From the IMG/VR virus record IMGVR_UViG_3300027749_002876, positions 434,001 through 498,000 of that record: a stretch of DNA of 64,000 nt, one strand, 5' to 3'. Position 1 is the stretch's first letter, and the number at the start of each line of letters is the position of its first letter. The notes beneath the pieces are model-generated. The model was not told the DNA's origin and searched no databases. It worked only from the letters and a program-made list of their open reading frames with translations. The translations under genes were made by a program, and so were the position numbers. Shown here in pieces: positions 37,895 to 47,927 of the stretch.

Positions 37895-38110
37895 TTAAAA
37901 GTCTTTCTTAGGAAGACTTTGGTCTCTTAAAAATTTCTGCCACCTACGTTTAGCTTGACTTTTTGCTAGTTTACGTTTGATAGTAGGTTTTACGAATTCT
38001 TGACGGTCACGTACCTCTTGTAAGGTGCCGTAGTCTGCGATAACTTTTTTAAATTTCCGCAATGCTTTGTCTACGTTTCCATCCTGAACTAAAACTTTCC
38101 TACCTCTCAT
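37895..38110 (-). CDS. rpsU: 30S ribosomal protein bS21
   Basis: V-V---NVDKALRKFKK-----G-L-E-R-RQ-F-KPT-KRK; LPKKDF tail; ATGA-coupled to clpX. Confidence 0.9.
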   Translation of the reverse strand: MRGRKVLVQDGNVDKALRKFKKVIADYGTLQEVRDRQEFVKPTIKRKLAKSQAKRRWQKFLRDQSLPKKDF

Positions 38111-39309
38111 ACTATAACTGTTGGCTCCAAAATTTGTTTTCTATCTATATTTATGTTTAGTACATTATTATCACGGTACTTTTTAGTGTAGAACATGTGA
38201 GGCATCAATACACGCTCAATTTCAGTATGCAATCCACGTGCCCCTGTCTTAAGTGACAATGTATTCTCTGCTAATTGGTCTAGTGCATCTACCGTAAAGC
38301 TTAAATCAATGTTGTCCAAGCTTAACAAGTACTTGTATTGGTCAATATAGTTATTTTTGATTCCGGTCAATACTGTGATTAACTCATCTTTTGTCAAATC
38401 TTCCACATTGACTGTTGTAGTAAAACGACCAATGAACTCGGGAATCATACCAAATTTAACTAAGTCATCTGGACTAACATTACTTAAATTACCATCAGTG
38501 TTGGCGTTTTTAATTTGAGCGCCAAATCCAATACTTGTACCGTTTTCACGATTGCTAACAATACCCTTTAATCCAACAAATGCACCGCCAGCAATGAATA
38601 AGATATTCTTAGTATTGATTTCAATCATATCTCCACCGGGATGTTTACGTCCACCACCAGCTGGAATACGACAAACAGTACCTTCAACCAGTTTAAGTAA
38701 TGCTTGTTGAACACCTTCACCTGACACATCACGTGTGATATTAGCACTTTCACCTTTACGGGCAATCTTGTCAATCTCGTCAATGAATACAATGCCACGC
38801 TCGGCTAGTTTAACGTCACCACCTGCGGCATTGAGTAGCATACTAATCATTGATTCAACATCATCACCTACATAACCTGCTTCTGTAATACTTGTTGCAT
38901 CTGCTACGATGAAGGGCACTTTAAGATATTTTGCTACTGTTTTAGCAAGTAAGGTTTTACCTGAACCAGTTGGTCCTACTAGTAATACATTACCTTTAGA
39001 AATCTCTAAGTCTTTAGGTGGTTTGTTGATACGTTTATAGTGATTAGCAATAGCCACACTTAATACTTTTTTAGCATTGTGTTGACCAACTACATGAGTA
39101 TCAAGGAAATCTTTAATAGACTCTGGATCATATGATACTGCATCTTCTATTACAAATTCGTTCTTGGATTCATCGTCTACCATTAATGTATTGCATAATT
39201 CTACGCAATCACTACAGATAGCTACTTCTTCACTTACAATCAATTTTTTTACATTGTCTTTGTGGTTATCACAAAAGGAACAACGGTTGAGTTTATTTTC
39301 TGTTGACAT
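38107..39309 (-). CDS. clpX: ATP-dependent Clp protease ATPase subunit ClpX
   Basis: CSFC...CSDC zinc domain, [31 protein letters not shown] loop. Confidence 0.97.
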   Translation of the reverse strand: MSTENKLNRCSFCDNHKDNVKKLIVSEEVAICSDCVELCNTLMVDDESKNEFVIEDAVSYDPESIKDFLDTHVVGQHNAKKVLSVAIANHYKRINKPPKDLEISKGNVLLVGPTGSGKTLLAKTVAKYLKVPFIVADATSITEAGYVGDDVESMISMLLNAAGGDVKLAERGIVFIDEIDKIARKGESANITRDVSGEGVQQALLKLVEGTVCRIPAGGGRKHPGGDMIEINTKNILFIAGGAFVGLKGIVSNRENGTSIGFGAQIKNANTDGNLSNVSPDDLVKFGMIPEFIGRFTTTVNVEDLTKDELITVLTGIKNNYIDQYKYLLSLDNIDLSFTVDALDQLAENTLSLKTGARGLHTEIERVLMPHMFYTKKYRDNNVLNINIDRKQILEPTVIV

Positions 39310-39346
39310 ATTAATACTTATCTACAATTTATTGTTTAAATGATTT

Positions 39347-40315
39347 TTATGGACAACTACTGTCATCTACTACTGACAACTCAATATTGTGAATATATTT
39401 TATTGCCTCTTCCATATTGGTTAGTCTTAATTCTATTAAGTTTTTTTCTGTTTGATTTCCGTATACTACTAGTGTAGAACCCAAATCATAAAAAGCTGGC
39501 TTCTTACCTACAACAGAATCTGGCACATAACATTGCTTAAACGTTATAGTATTCTTAAAATCTTTAATAGTTAACAAAATGTTAGGTTTATTTCTTTGCA
39601 TTTTATCTCTAATAGTCGATGTAATAATCATATCGTTAAACTTATATTGATTTTTACTACCAATAACCCAATCTTTAGGATCCTTTGCCATTACAGTAAC
39701 ATTGCTCGGGCTGGGTGTTAACAATCCATTACTGCCATCCTCTAATATCTTCAATGCTTCATTAAATGAAACAATGTAGTTATAGTTCCATTTCAATTCT
39801 AATGGAATTTCAATGATACCATTGCGATAGCTATCCACTTTAAATTGATGAACCCCTTGAGTAACAGTAAATGCTTTTTTGGGATAGTCATTTAATACTT
39901 GGTTTAACAATCTATCTGCGTTAGCTTTTACTTGTAGAAATGTTTTATATTGGTTAGAGTGTTTATCAGTATCAAAGTTTTTAACTTCTTTACCCACTCC
40001 TAATATTCTATCGGATAACTTACTACTGGCTACTTGAACATCAACAATAACTTGAATATGATTTCCCAATTTAAATGTGTTAATGATTTTGTAATCAGTT
40101 ACATAACCGGCACTATAAACTAAAATTTCATCTTTAACTAGTTTATAGTTGACAGATTCACGTTCTGTGGTTACGACTGAGCCAGCAACAATCTCAATCG
40201 CTGTTCTAAAAGCATTTAGTTTAGCTTCCTCGAACGTAGATCCTTGACCACTAACCTGCAATGCGTTAGCAAAAGGTGCTACCAGACATAATAACACTAA
40301 TAATAGTCTTTTCAT
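39347..40315 (-). CDS. secreted protein (LPP20/FlgT-N-like N-terminal domain)
   Basis: Signal peptide; G-G----EA--NA-R-AIE---GS-V. Confidence 0.65.
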   Translation of the reverse strand: MKRLLLVLLCLVAPFANALQVSGQGSTFEEAKLNAFRTAIEIVAGSVVTTERESVNYKLVKDEILVYSAGYVTDYKIINTFKLGNHIQVIVDVQVASSKLSDRILGVGKEVKNFDTDKHSNQYKTFLQVKANADRLLNQVLNDYPKKAFTVTQGVHQFKVDSYRNGIIEIPLELKWNYNYIVSFNEALKILEDGSNGLLTPSPSNVTVMAKDPKDWVIGSKNQYKFNDMIITSTIRDKMQRNKPNILLTIKDFKNTITFKQCYVPDSVVGKKPAFYDLGSTLVVYGNQTEKNLIELRLTNMEEAIKYIHNIELSVVDDSSCP

Positions 40316-40983
40316 TATTGACCAAAGCGTTTACGCATATACATTGCGGCACGTTCAGTATCATGGTCCCAACGAATAACTGCCTTAACAGTTTGTCTAT
40401 CTACGATTTCAGCATCTTTAAGTAATGCACCACGTAGTTTACCTTCAGCATTGTTACGAATGCTTTCACTCAGTGTACGAACAACCTCGTTATTGTTTTC
40501 ACGTACAGCAAAGTTTGTGTCTTTGCTTGCATCTTGGTCACTCATTTCAACTGCTTCATCGGCACTGATACGATTTTTAATACGATCCTGAGCCTTCTCT
40601 ACATTCTTTGTAACAGTATTAGAAAAGTTGTTTGAACTAACACCCTCATTCATAAAACGAATTAGTCTTGCCTTCGCATCCATCTCTGCGGCAATAAATG
40701 CACGTTCACGTAATGCTTCACTATTGCCAAAACTATTTGCATAGCCGGTAACTTCAATAGATTGGATTTCACCCTTGACACACAATGCATCAGTAACACC
40801 AAACATACCTGTGCCAAATGCACAAGACCATTCAATCTTGATACCCTGTCGTTTAAAACTAGAGGTAAGTTTTTGTGTATTAATTGCAGTAATGGGCGCA
40901 GATTCTACACTTGCTTTTTTACTGGTTGACGAACATCCAGCTAGCACCAATGCTACTGAAATTGCTACTAGTTTGAGTTTCAT
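40315..40983 (-). CDS. lipoprotein (LPP20-like)
   Basis: Lipobox LAGC in MKLKLVAISVALVLAGCSS; likely start 40983; upstream TTGACG-17-TATAAT at 41042-41014. Confidence 0.75.
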   Translation of the reverse strand: MKLKLVAISVALVLAGCSSTSKKASVESAPITAINTQKLTSSFKRQGIKIEWSCAFGTGMFGVTDALCVKGEIQSIEVTGYANSFGNSEALRERAFIAAEMDAKARLIRFMNEGVSSNNFSNTVTKNVEKAQDRIKNRISADEAVEMSDQDASKDTNFAVRENNNEVVRTLSESIRNNAEGKLRGALLKDAEIVDRQTVKAVIRWDHDTERAAMYMRKRFGQ

Positions 40984-41038
40984 ATATACTCCGATTTTGT
41001 TAAAGATGTGTTTATTATACACTACTTTTAACTAAACG

Positions 41039-42574
41039 TCAACTATTTTGGTTACCCTTTTGAATTTTAATGTAATCTTCAATTTGGTAACGCTCATTGT
41101 CTGACAACAATTCTGGGTCATACTCGCCCTTTGCAATCATATCAATAAGGTAATCAATGTATTTGGTATTGTACAAGTATGTATTGCTAGAAGTTTTGGC
41201 AATTTCAATCCAATTTTGTCCATCAAATTTGTAAACTTTATTGGGTAATACATCTACACGGGTGAACACATCACCTTTATCCGAGGAATCAGGAAACTTT
41301 GGTCCAAACCCACTGGTAATCTGTTTACCCGAATCTACTGAGATTTTTAAGAATTCCGGATGCATACTGAATAATGCTTCTTTTTGCATATGTTTACCTT
41401 CGTATGCAACATATCCGCCTGGTAATTCTTTAAACGGTAAATCCTGTTTTACCAACATAGTGTGATCCTCATCTGCTGTGAGTTCAACATCAGGTTCTTT
41501 TGTAGCAACCATTGGCTTAGTATCAAAATGAACGAATGGTTTATTCAAATATGGATGTTGTTTTAGTATTGATTCTTCTTCAAAAGGACCATCACTAACG
41601 TCACATAATTTATTTGGGCAAAATAGACCGATGCCAGTAGCATTTATCAATTCAGTACCACACATATAACAGTTGATTGGTTCATTAACCGATTCTTTAA
41701 TCTGTACAATTTGGCCATCTGTTAATGGCCCATCATCAGGTTCATATGCTGGTTCTGTGACAGTGGGAGTTGATACTGGTTCAGTCCCTAGAGGGCTGTC
41801 ACCCTCCTCATCCCATTCTTTACTTGCATTGGCAGCTAATACTAAAGCAATAGCTAAAGGATCAAATACAATAACAAGTAAAATAATAACCCAACGCACT
41901 GATGCCTCTAACATATTGGTATCAGCGTTGTCACCATATATCAACGCGGCAATGTATTTTATCGGACCGACTTCTGCCTCAACCTTGCGTACCTCGGAAG
42001 CAATAGGGGCTCGTTCTTCATTAAGTATTGTAATTTTTTTCTGTTCGGCTTCAATCTCAGCAAGGAGACGCCCACGTTCCTTTTGTTGACCCCTACGTAC
42101 AGCCACGGCCTTATCTGCACCCGTTTCTGTTGTACTTCGACCCATAATTTGGTCCACTGCCTCATCCATTTGTTTGAGAGCTTTGCGATTAACATCTATA
42201 TTTTCCTTTGATATTTTAATCTTCTCATCGTATAATGCAATCTTAGATTGTACATCACCTGAGGTAACACCTTGTTCCATGTGTGCTTTGCTTAAGAAGC
42301 CAAAGATACCCATGCTTGTTAATAGTGCAAGTGCAATAACAGCAGGTACAAGATATAGTTTAAGTAAGAAGCCGGCACGATTCCAATACTTACGTAGCCA
42401 AACAGTTGTGGTAATCTTACCTATTTCAAGGATACCGCCCATGATGATAACAGGAACAACCGCACCTGCAAAGATGGCGGTTAATCCAATGATACTATAC
42501 CAGGCTGCGACTGAGCTAAGTGCAAGAGCAACCAATAGTGTAAGATTTGAGAATGATAGAAATTTTAAGCGCAT
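41039..42574 (-). CDS. membrane protein with TM helices, coiled coil and C-terminal soluble domain
   Basis: Three N-terminal TMs, coiled coil, IILLVIVFDPLAIAL TM; TAAATA 4 nt before ATG. Confidence 0.75.
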   Translation of the reverse strand: MRLKFLSFSNLTLLVALALSSVAAWYSIIGLTAIFAGAVVPVIIMGGILEIGKITTTVWLRKYWNRAGFLLKLYLVPAVIALALLTSMGIFGFLSKAHMEQGVTSGDVQSKIALYDEKIKISKENIDVNRKALKQMDEAVDQIMGRSTTETGADKAVAVRRGQQKERGRLLAEIEAEQKKITILNEERAPIASEVRKVEAEVGPIKYIAALIYGDNADTNMLEASVRWVIILLVIVFDPLAIALVLAANASKEWDEEGDSPLGTEPVSTPTVTEPAYEPDDGPLTDGQIVQIKESVNEPINCYMCGTELINATGIGLFCPNKLCDVSDGPFEEESILKQHPYLNKPFVHFDTKPMVATKEPDVELTADEDHTMLVKQDLPFKELPGGYVAYEGKHMQKEALFSMHPEFLKISVDSGKQITSGFGPKFPDSSDKGDVFTRVDVLPNKVYKFDGQNWIEIAKTSSNTYLYNTKYIDYLIDMIAKGEYDPELLSDNERYQIEDYIKIQKGNQNS

Positions 42575-42581
42575 CTAATAT

Positions 42582-42788
42582 TTAGTCTTTAAATAGGTAG
42601 CCATAAGTGTTGATAAATTCCTCTACTCCCATTACATATCTGACAGGTATACCAGGTCCTGTTTTAGTCATATAAGTGACCCAGTATATCCCTTCATCAC
42701 GTAATTTAATTTGTGTGACAGTGATTGTAGCACCATCTTCAAATACAAAAGATTTACCAACTAGCTTTTCTAGTTCTGGTGGAATCAT
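42582..42788 (-). CDS. hypothetical protein
   Basis: 68 aa, ATGA-coupled. Confidence 0.65.
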   Translation of the reverse strand: MIPPELEKLVGKSFVFEDGATITVTQIKLRDEGIYWVTYMTKTGPGIPVRYVMGVEEFINTYGYLFKD

Positions 42789-44110
42789 TTTGCATTATGA
42801 TACACATCAAACTGTGACCACTGACCTCGCCAGTTTTCATGTTCACTATCCATACCTTCATCACCAAGTTCTTCACCATCATATACTAATCGTGTGACTA
42901 CGCTTGTGCCTTGAATATCCCAGTTGAATACTTTCAGTTTCTTAGGTTCAAATGCACCTTCAATACTTGTTTGAATACAACTGCCCTTACCACCTTGTGT
43001 CCACATCAACCAGTAACCTTTACCTAGATGTTCTGGATAGAGTTCTTCTACTTCTTCTGATGCTTCCCAACGGCTATCTTCTTCTCCGTGTGCGTCACTA
43101 AAGAATGATTCAATGTCGCCGTCATAGATTGTCTCGCCTGCACTATTTTCAATGGTCATACGGGTATCGTCTTGGTCAAAGCCCCAGAATGAATGTTTAC
43201 CTTGATACTCATAATAAGGCAAATCAAATCGTGCCGCCTTAGGAGTTTTGTTCTCATCGTAGTCATAATTCTCGTTAAGTGCATCACTCAAGTCATCTTC
43301 GTGATCCTCATTACTCCAGTAATCATATTGTTGTTTCTTAATCTTATGTACGCCAATCTCACGTGTACGACCCCAGATACGAATTGTATATGTATCTTCA
43401 GGATAAATTTCTTTTAATGAATCATCATCCTCAACTACAATATTTTCAAAGGGCCATTCAGCAGTTTCTACGAAATTACTATCTGGAGTGGGCCATTGTG
43501 TAGTAGGAGTATCCACTATTAATTTTTCAAACTCCAGTTTGAGTTCTTCTAATCCTGCTTCTAACTCAGCAGTATCTACATGTTCTTCTTCCTCTTCATC
43601 AAGGGCTTCTTTAGCCCAACGTGCTTCACGTTCTGCTTTTTCTTGTTCTTCTTTAACACCGGCTTCTGTTAATACGAGATTGCTATCACACATTGGACAA
43701 ATCTTAACAGCCTCATCTAATTGTTTGCCACCTTTATATACCCAAGACATTTCAGCATCATAACTTTGACCAACCCATTTACAATTACTACATTTGTGCG
43801 TGGGTTTTGGTGGCTCGGGTTCAACATGCCAACTAGATTTGTCACCTAATTCATATGTAACTTCGTAACCACCTTTGCGGTCAGTCCAACAGTCATCATA
43901 TTGAAATTCCCATTCAATGTCAACATCATTTTCGTTGGCATCGTCAAGCACTTCTTCATAATCAATTTCACCTGCCTCGAGGTCTGCGAGTTTTTGTGCA
44001 ATCTCATCTTCATCTAAGTCAGGATAGATTTCACTTAATAGTGCTTCATCAATTTCAATAGCATATTGTCTATCGTGTTGATGCCATTCATGTTTTACGA
44101 CTGTTACCAT
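42785..44110 (-). CDS. highly acidic hypothetical protein with a CxxC...CxxC motif
   Basis: 441 aa; CSNC and CPMC; AGGAGG RBS. Confidence 0.75.
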   Translation of the reverse strand: MVTVVKHEWHQHDRQYAIEIDEALLSEIYPDLDEDEIAQKLADLEAGEIDYEEVLDDANENDVDIEWEFQYDDCWTDRKGGYEVTYELGDKSSWHVEPEPPKPTHKCSNCKWVGQSYDAEMSWVYKGGKQLDEAVKICPMCDSNLVLTEAGVKEEQEKAEREARWAKEALDEEEEEHVDTAELEAGLEELKLEFEKLIVDTPTTQWPTPDSNFVETAEWPFENIVVEDDDSLKEIYPEDTYTIRIWGRTREIGVHKIKKQQYDYWSNEDHEDDLSDALNENYDYDENKTPKAARFDLPYYEYQGKHSFWGFDQDDTRMTIENSAGETIYDGDIESFFSDAHGEEDSRWEASEEVEELYPEHLGKGYWLMWTQGGKGSCIQTSIEGAFEPKKLKVFNWDIQGTSVVTRLVYDGEELGDEGMDSEHENWRGQWSQFDVYHNAK

Positions 44111-44237
44111 TTTGTGCCTCCTTAGCGTTCTGGTAAATTTTCTTTAATATATCTACTATTGGACGAACTATCCATCCACCCCAAACTATACCACAAATAA
44201 AATAAATCCATTCATTGAAAGTCATAATGTCATTGTA

Positions 44238-45572
44238 TCACTTATCGTCACGGAAACGAACAAATCTGGGGAAACGCAAACTATATGTACCATCTTGGTT
44301 CTGTGTAATTACATCACATAAGACTTCACAAGTGCGACCAATGACCAAATTACGGTTAGTGTAATAATCATCTCTATCAACATCACTAAAGCCACTACCC
44401 ACATTGACTGTAATTTCTTTCCCGTCGTCAACTCCATGACAAACCAGTGCTCCAAGTCTTCCCAAGTTTCTACCAGTACCTTCTTCAACACCTACGACCT
44501 CCAAATCTACAGTTAATGTTGGCTTCCATTTCATCCAATCAGTGCTACGTTTACAGATATATGGAGCTTCTAATTCTTTAATCATAATGCCTTCAAACCC
44601 TGCATTGACATTGTCCTTAGCATAACGCATCAATTGATCCTTACCTGCGGCTGTATCTAAGTCAACCATGATGTGTGGTAATAGTTCAACATTGGGCATA
44701 GTGTCAACCACGTGCCGAATGTGTTCAAGGATATCGATACGTTTACGCAGTTGACTATTCCAATGTCCTTCACGGAAATCACTCAATGGAATAATATCAA
44801 AGATATTAAACACACTGTCATCAGCCTGCACGTTGTCTTTTCTACGTGCTTGTCGCATCAGTTCTTGGAATGTATTACCGATCACTTCACCGTCTAATAC
44901 GAACCCGTTAATCAATGCGTTCTGATGTCCTCTAGCAATTTTAATCCAGTTCTCACGCACCTGTTCTTCAATGTGACCAAAGTTGTCAAACTGTTTGCCG
45001 TTACGACTGAAACAGATAGTAGTCACATCACCAAAGTCACTTGGGATAACCATTAGTAACACACGAACACCATCAAGCTTTGGCTCAAGACGTTTAACAC
45101 CTTTCATCTCAGGACGACCCTCGCTATTAGTTGCTAGTTGACAACCAAAGATTGGGATCTCGTAATCAGTTTTTTTACAGATTTTATTAACTGTCTTATC
45201 GCTGATACCTGCACGTAAGTCTCTACGCAATACAGGTGCTAAGAATGTATTCCATTCACTACTATCAAAACGCTCTGCCATTTCCTGAATAGCATCACGT
45301 GCGGCATGACCTGTCAATCTACGTTGGCTAAGTTGTAACATCAATTCATTAAACTCTTCCCAGGGATTTTCTGCATCACTAATACCTACTGTGTCTGGTA
45401 CTTGGCGAACACCAAACGTAACGTAAGGATTGTAACACGCTTTTACAAAAGACAAGAAATTGATAGCGTTTGTACTACCTAGGACACTTGCCTCTAATGC
45501 TTGTTTGATAACGTCTTCCTTGTGTAGGCGACTATCTGATTCGTTTAGTTTATTAATCCAACTTGCACTCAT
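44238..45572 (-). CDS. lig: ATP-dependent DNA ligase
   Basis: EPKLDGVR (KxDG), LDGEV, FEGIMIK, WMKWK, OB-fold VGSGF, LRFPRF---R-DK. Confidence 0.95.
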   Translation of the reverse strand: MSASWINKLNESDSRLHKEDVIKQALEASVLGSTNAINFLSFVKACYNPYVTFGVRQVPDTVGISDAENPWEEFNELMLQLSQRRLTGHAARDAIQEMAERFDSSEWNTFLAPVLRRDLRAGISDKTVNKICKKTDYEIPIFGCQLATNSEGRPEMKGVKRLEPKLDGVRVLLMVIPSDFGDVTTICFSRNGKQFDNFGHIEEQVRENWIKIARGHQNALINGFVLDGEVIGNTFQELMRQARRKDNVQADDSVFNIFDIIPLSDFREGHWNSQLRKRIDILEHIRHVVDTMPNVELLPHIMVDLDTAAGKDQLMRYAKDNVNAGFEGIMIKELEAPYICKRSTDWMKWKPTLTVDLEVVGVEEGTGRNLGRLGALVCHGVDDGKEITVNVGSGFSDVDRDDYYTNRNLVIGRTCEVLCDVITQNQDGTYSLRFPRFVRFRDDK

Positions 45573-45718
45573 TTTTCACTCCATTCACAGGTACAGTATT
45601 GAAACTCATGTCGGGTTTCATCTATAGGTAGATAATCAAACTCAGGGCAATAGTGTGCCTTCTCACCAGTCAATATCTTACCGTGTATTTGTAAGCAATC
45701 TTTTTCAAACTCGGTCAT
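45569..45718 (-). CDS. small Cys-containing protein, 49 aa, not in the ORF track
   Basis: MTEFEKDCLQIHGKILTG--AHYCPEFDYLPIDET...CTC; ATGA overlaps at both ends. Confidence 0.6.
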   Translation of the reverse strand: MTEFEKDCLQIHGKILTGEKAHYCPEFDYLPIDETRHEFQYCTCEWSEK

Positions 45719-46002
45719 TCTGTAACTCCAAAATGTTGTTTAATCAAATTCGAAGCAAGGAATGGTTCCGCAGTATCAGCAATCTCGGCGCATTTAAGAA
45801 CAATCAACTCAGCGAACTTTTCATATACTGTGTCGTCGGGCATTGTTACATATTTTACGCCCGCCTGTTCAAGTAGTTCTCTAATTCGTTCGTTCTTTTT
45901 AAGTTTTAGTTTAGGAGCATACGGACCTCTACTACAAACGTGTGCAACATCAAAGTCTGGGTAAGTGCCTGCACAATGCTGGCAAACAAATCGCTTATTC
46001 AT
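45715..46002 (-). CDS. FAELIV-family small protein with N-terminal Zn-ribbon-like motif
   Basis: CQHC...HVC; EKFAELIVLKCAEIA...IKQHFG. Confidence 0.7.
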   Translation of the reverse strand: MNKRFVCQHCAGTYPDFDVAHVCSRGPYAPKLKLKKNERIRELLEQAGVKYVTMPDDTVYEKFAELIVLKCAEIADTAEPFLASNLIKQHFGVTE

Positions 46003-46005
46003 ATA

Positions 46006-46491
46006 TTATCCTGAGAATGGCCACGCTGTCGTTGCGACAAAAGGTGGACGGGGTTTAAGTTCTATTGTTTCAATAGTCTCATTATACACGTCCTCGTCAA
46101 TTTTGTCAACAGTAAACGGACCCAAAATAGTAATAGTATCCTCTTCAACTTCCCAATTATGTTCACCATCATAGAGCCAACCTGCACCACCGTCTGCCCA
46201 AAGTTGTTCAATTTCTTCTTTTTCTTCTTCGGTGAAACTGTCATCAAACTCAAAATCTACTGCACAAAGGTCCTCAAGTTCACAGCCCCAACCAATAGTA
46301 GGATCGACACAATGGTATCTGTCATCACTAAAGGGTAGTTCATCTTCATCTTCTACAAATCCTTGACCCCAACGATATAGTTCAGTAACACTCCAACCAC
46401 GGATATTACCTTGTTCATCTTTGCTGTAAACATCATAGTATGCCTCAACGGATTTTTTATCTTGTGGTTTAATTCTGTATAGTATATTCAT
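46006..46491 (-). CDS. acidic hypothetical protein
   Basis: AAGGAG RBS before ATG 46491. Confidence 0.7.
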   Translation of the reverse strand: MNILYRIKPQDKKSVEAYYDVYSKDEQGNIRGWSVTELYRWGQGFVEDEDELPFSDDRYHCVDPTIGWGCELEDLCAVDFEFDDSFTEEEKEEIEQLWADGGAGWLYDGEHNWEVEEDTITILGPFTVDKIDEDVYNETIETIELKPRPPFVATTAWPFSG

Positions 46492-46909
46492 TATATTCTC
46501 CTTGTAAAAGCATATCAATATGCGCTGTTAAATTATCTACATCCAAACCATGTGCCAGATAACCTTCATATAAACAGTTATCATAACCCACACTTGGTGC
46601 AATTTCTGGACCTTTACTATTCATAATATAAGCCATAGCAACTGAACCATCAAGTAATACTACATCAATCTTATTATAATAATAAGGATAACCTTCTAAT
46701 CTATCTAATGATTTTTCACACTCAGGTGTAATCTCCCACAATACACCTTCCATTGCACTACCGGGAACAAGGTCAATATCGGCGTGGTGTCTAAACTTTA
46801 ACTCAAAGTTAGGCAATACACAACGACCGAGACTAACCGCTTTTGGACAACGATTATTCATCTCGGCAATATTTGTATTCATACCATATGCAAAATAATA
46901 TCTGTTCAT
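46469..46909 (-). CDS. gamma-glutamylcyclotransferase-like (AIG2) protein
   Basis: YFAYGMN, GVLWEI, LDRLEGYP--Y. Confidence 0.88.
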   Translation of the reverse strand: MNRYYFAYGMNTNIAEMNNRCPKAVSLGRCVLPNFELKFRHHADIDLVPGSAMEGVLWEITPECEKSLDRLEGYPYYYNKIDVVLLDGSVAMAYIMNSKGPEIAPSVGYDNCLYEGYLAHGLDVDNLTAHIDMLLQGEYNEYTIQN

Positions 46910-47337
46910 TACCAGCTACTGTTATAAAATACTTTCAATCCTAAGAACACTTCTGCCTTAGCGTTATTTACAAACTCAAGGTCTTGTTCATAGTAATGAC
47001 TGTCAGCGGGATTACCAAAGAAGAAACCTTGTGTATCTGGAAGTTGACTATGCCGAATCGCTCGTTCAAGTTCATCCAAATCATCCCAAGTTAGTTCAAG
47101 TTCAATGCCATTGAATGTAGCATCACTATTACCTGTACCGGGCATACCCTTGCTTCGCCAAAGACGTTCCATCCAACCATGCAAGTTAGGATGTTTACGC
47201 CAATAAGCAATTTCGTATGGCTTAGTAACAGTTGTACTTACAAATTCATTAACTGTTTTATCAAACTCGGCAGTTTCATAATAATCATTGTATTGCCCTT
47301 TCTTGTTGGCAACATATGCATACATATCTAGTCCCAT
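46909..47337 (-). CDS. conserved phage hypothetical protein
   Basis: MGLDMYAY, YWRKHPNLHGWM, LP-TQGFFFG. Confidence 0.8.
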   Translation of the reverse strand: MGLDMYAYVANKKGQYNDYYETAEFDKTVNEFVSTTVTKPYEIAYWRKHPNLHGWMERLWRSKGMPGTGNSDATFNGIELELTWDDLDELERAIRHSQLPDTQGFFFGNPADSHYYEQDLEFVNNAKAEVFLGLKVFYNSSW

Positions 47338-47366
47338 AATCTCCTCCACCTTTTTACGTTTATATT

Positions 47367-47495
47367 TCACTTTGTTTGTTCAATAGTCACTTCTTTAACC
47401 TTGTCTATGCTTTTATCAGCCATCTTAGCAATACCACTAAAGCCAACTGTTGAGACAACGATACCAAGAACAAAGCCTACTAATAAATTTATCAT
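47367..47495 (-). CDS. small membrane protein, 42 aa
   Basis: MINLLVGFVLGIVVSTVGFSGIA... Confidence 0.6.
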   Translation of the reverse strand: MINLLVGFVLGIVVSTVGFSGIAKMADKSIDKVKEVTIEQTK

Positions 47496-47497
47496 TT

Positions 47498-47731
47498 TCA
47501 AATCTCCGGAAATTCTAATTTTTGCCAATCTTCGGCATACTCTGTTTTTAACACAGTTGCCGCATCTGTATAGCCATGATTGACTAATGTTTGAATACAC
47601 TTTTCTACAATCAAACTAGCAAAAGCATCAGGATCAAAATCATATGTATATGTAGAACGATTACCTTCACCGTCTACTTCAACATAACCTTTGGCTTCTT
47701 TAAAAAGTTTTTCGATATCTTTATTCATCAT
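47498..47731 (-). CDS. FAELIV-family small protein
   Basis: I--LFKEA...DAFASLIVEKC. Confidence 0.65.
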   Translation of the reverse strand: MMNKDIEKLFKEAKGYVEVDGEGNRSTYTYDFDPDAFASLIVEKCIQTLVNHGYTDAATVLKTEYAEDWQKLEFPEI

Positions 47732-47927
47732 TCAACTCCACCATTCCAAAATGTATAAGTAAATCTCTACCCAATAACGGACCATGTTCCCATGCACTAC
47801 ATGCATAACGATTACATTCCTGAACAATCAACTCGGCAAACTTTTCCATATTATTCGGCAATCCAATTTCCAAAAAGTCTTTTGAGTAACCAGCCTGTTC
47901 AGCAAATTCTTTAAATAGAATGTTCAT
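47721..47927 (-). CDS. FAELIV-family small protein
   Basis: EKFAELIVQEC...LIHFG. Confidence 0.65.
   Translation of the reverse strand: MNILFKEFAEQAGYSKDFLEIGLPNNMEKFAELIVQECNRYACSAWEHGPLLGRDLLIHFGMVELNDE

Noticed and set aside
29963-39309. Bacterial chromosome fragment or chimeric assembly
   Set aside because: Host-like genes lack bacterial synteny (no tig-clpP-clpX-lon, no dnaJ/grpE), share composition and TAAATA motifs with phage genes, and are interleaved with them
41039-42574. Holin or spanin call for the membrane protein
   Set aside because: Too large, no endolysin nearby and no overlapping lipoprotein frame
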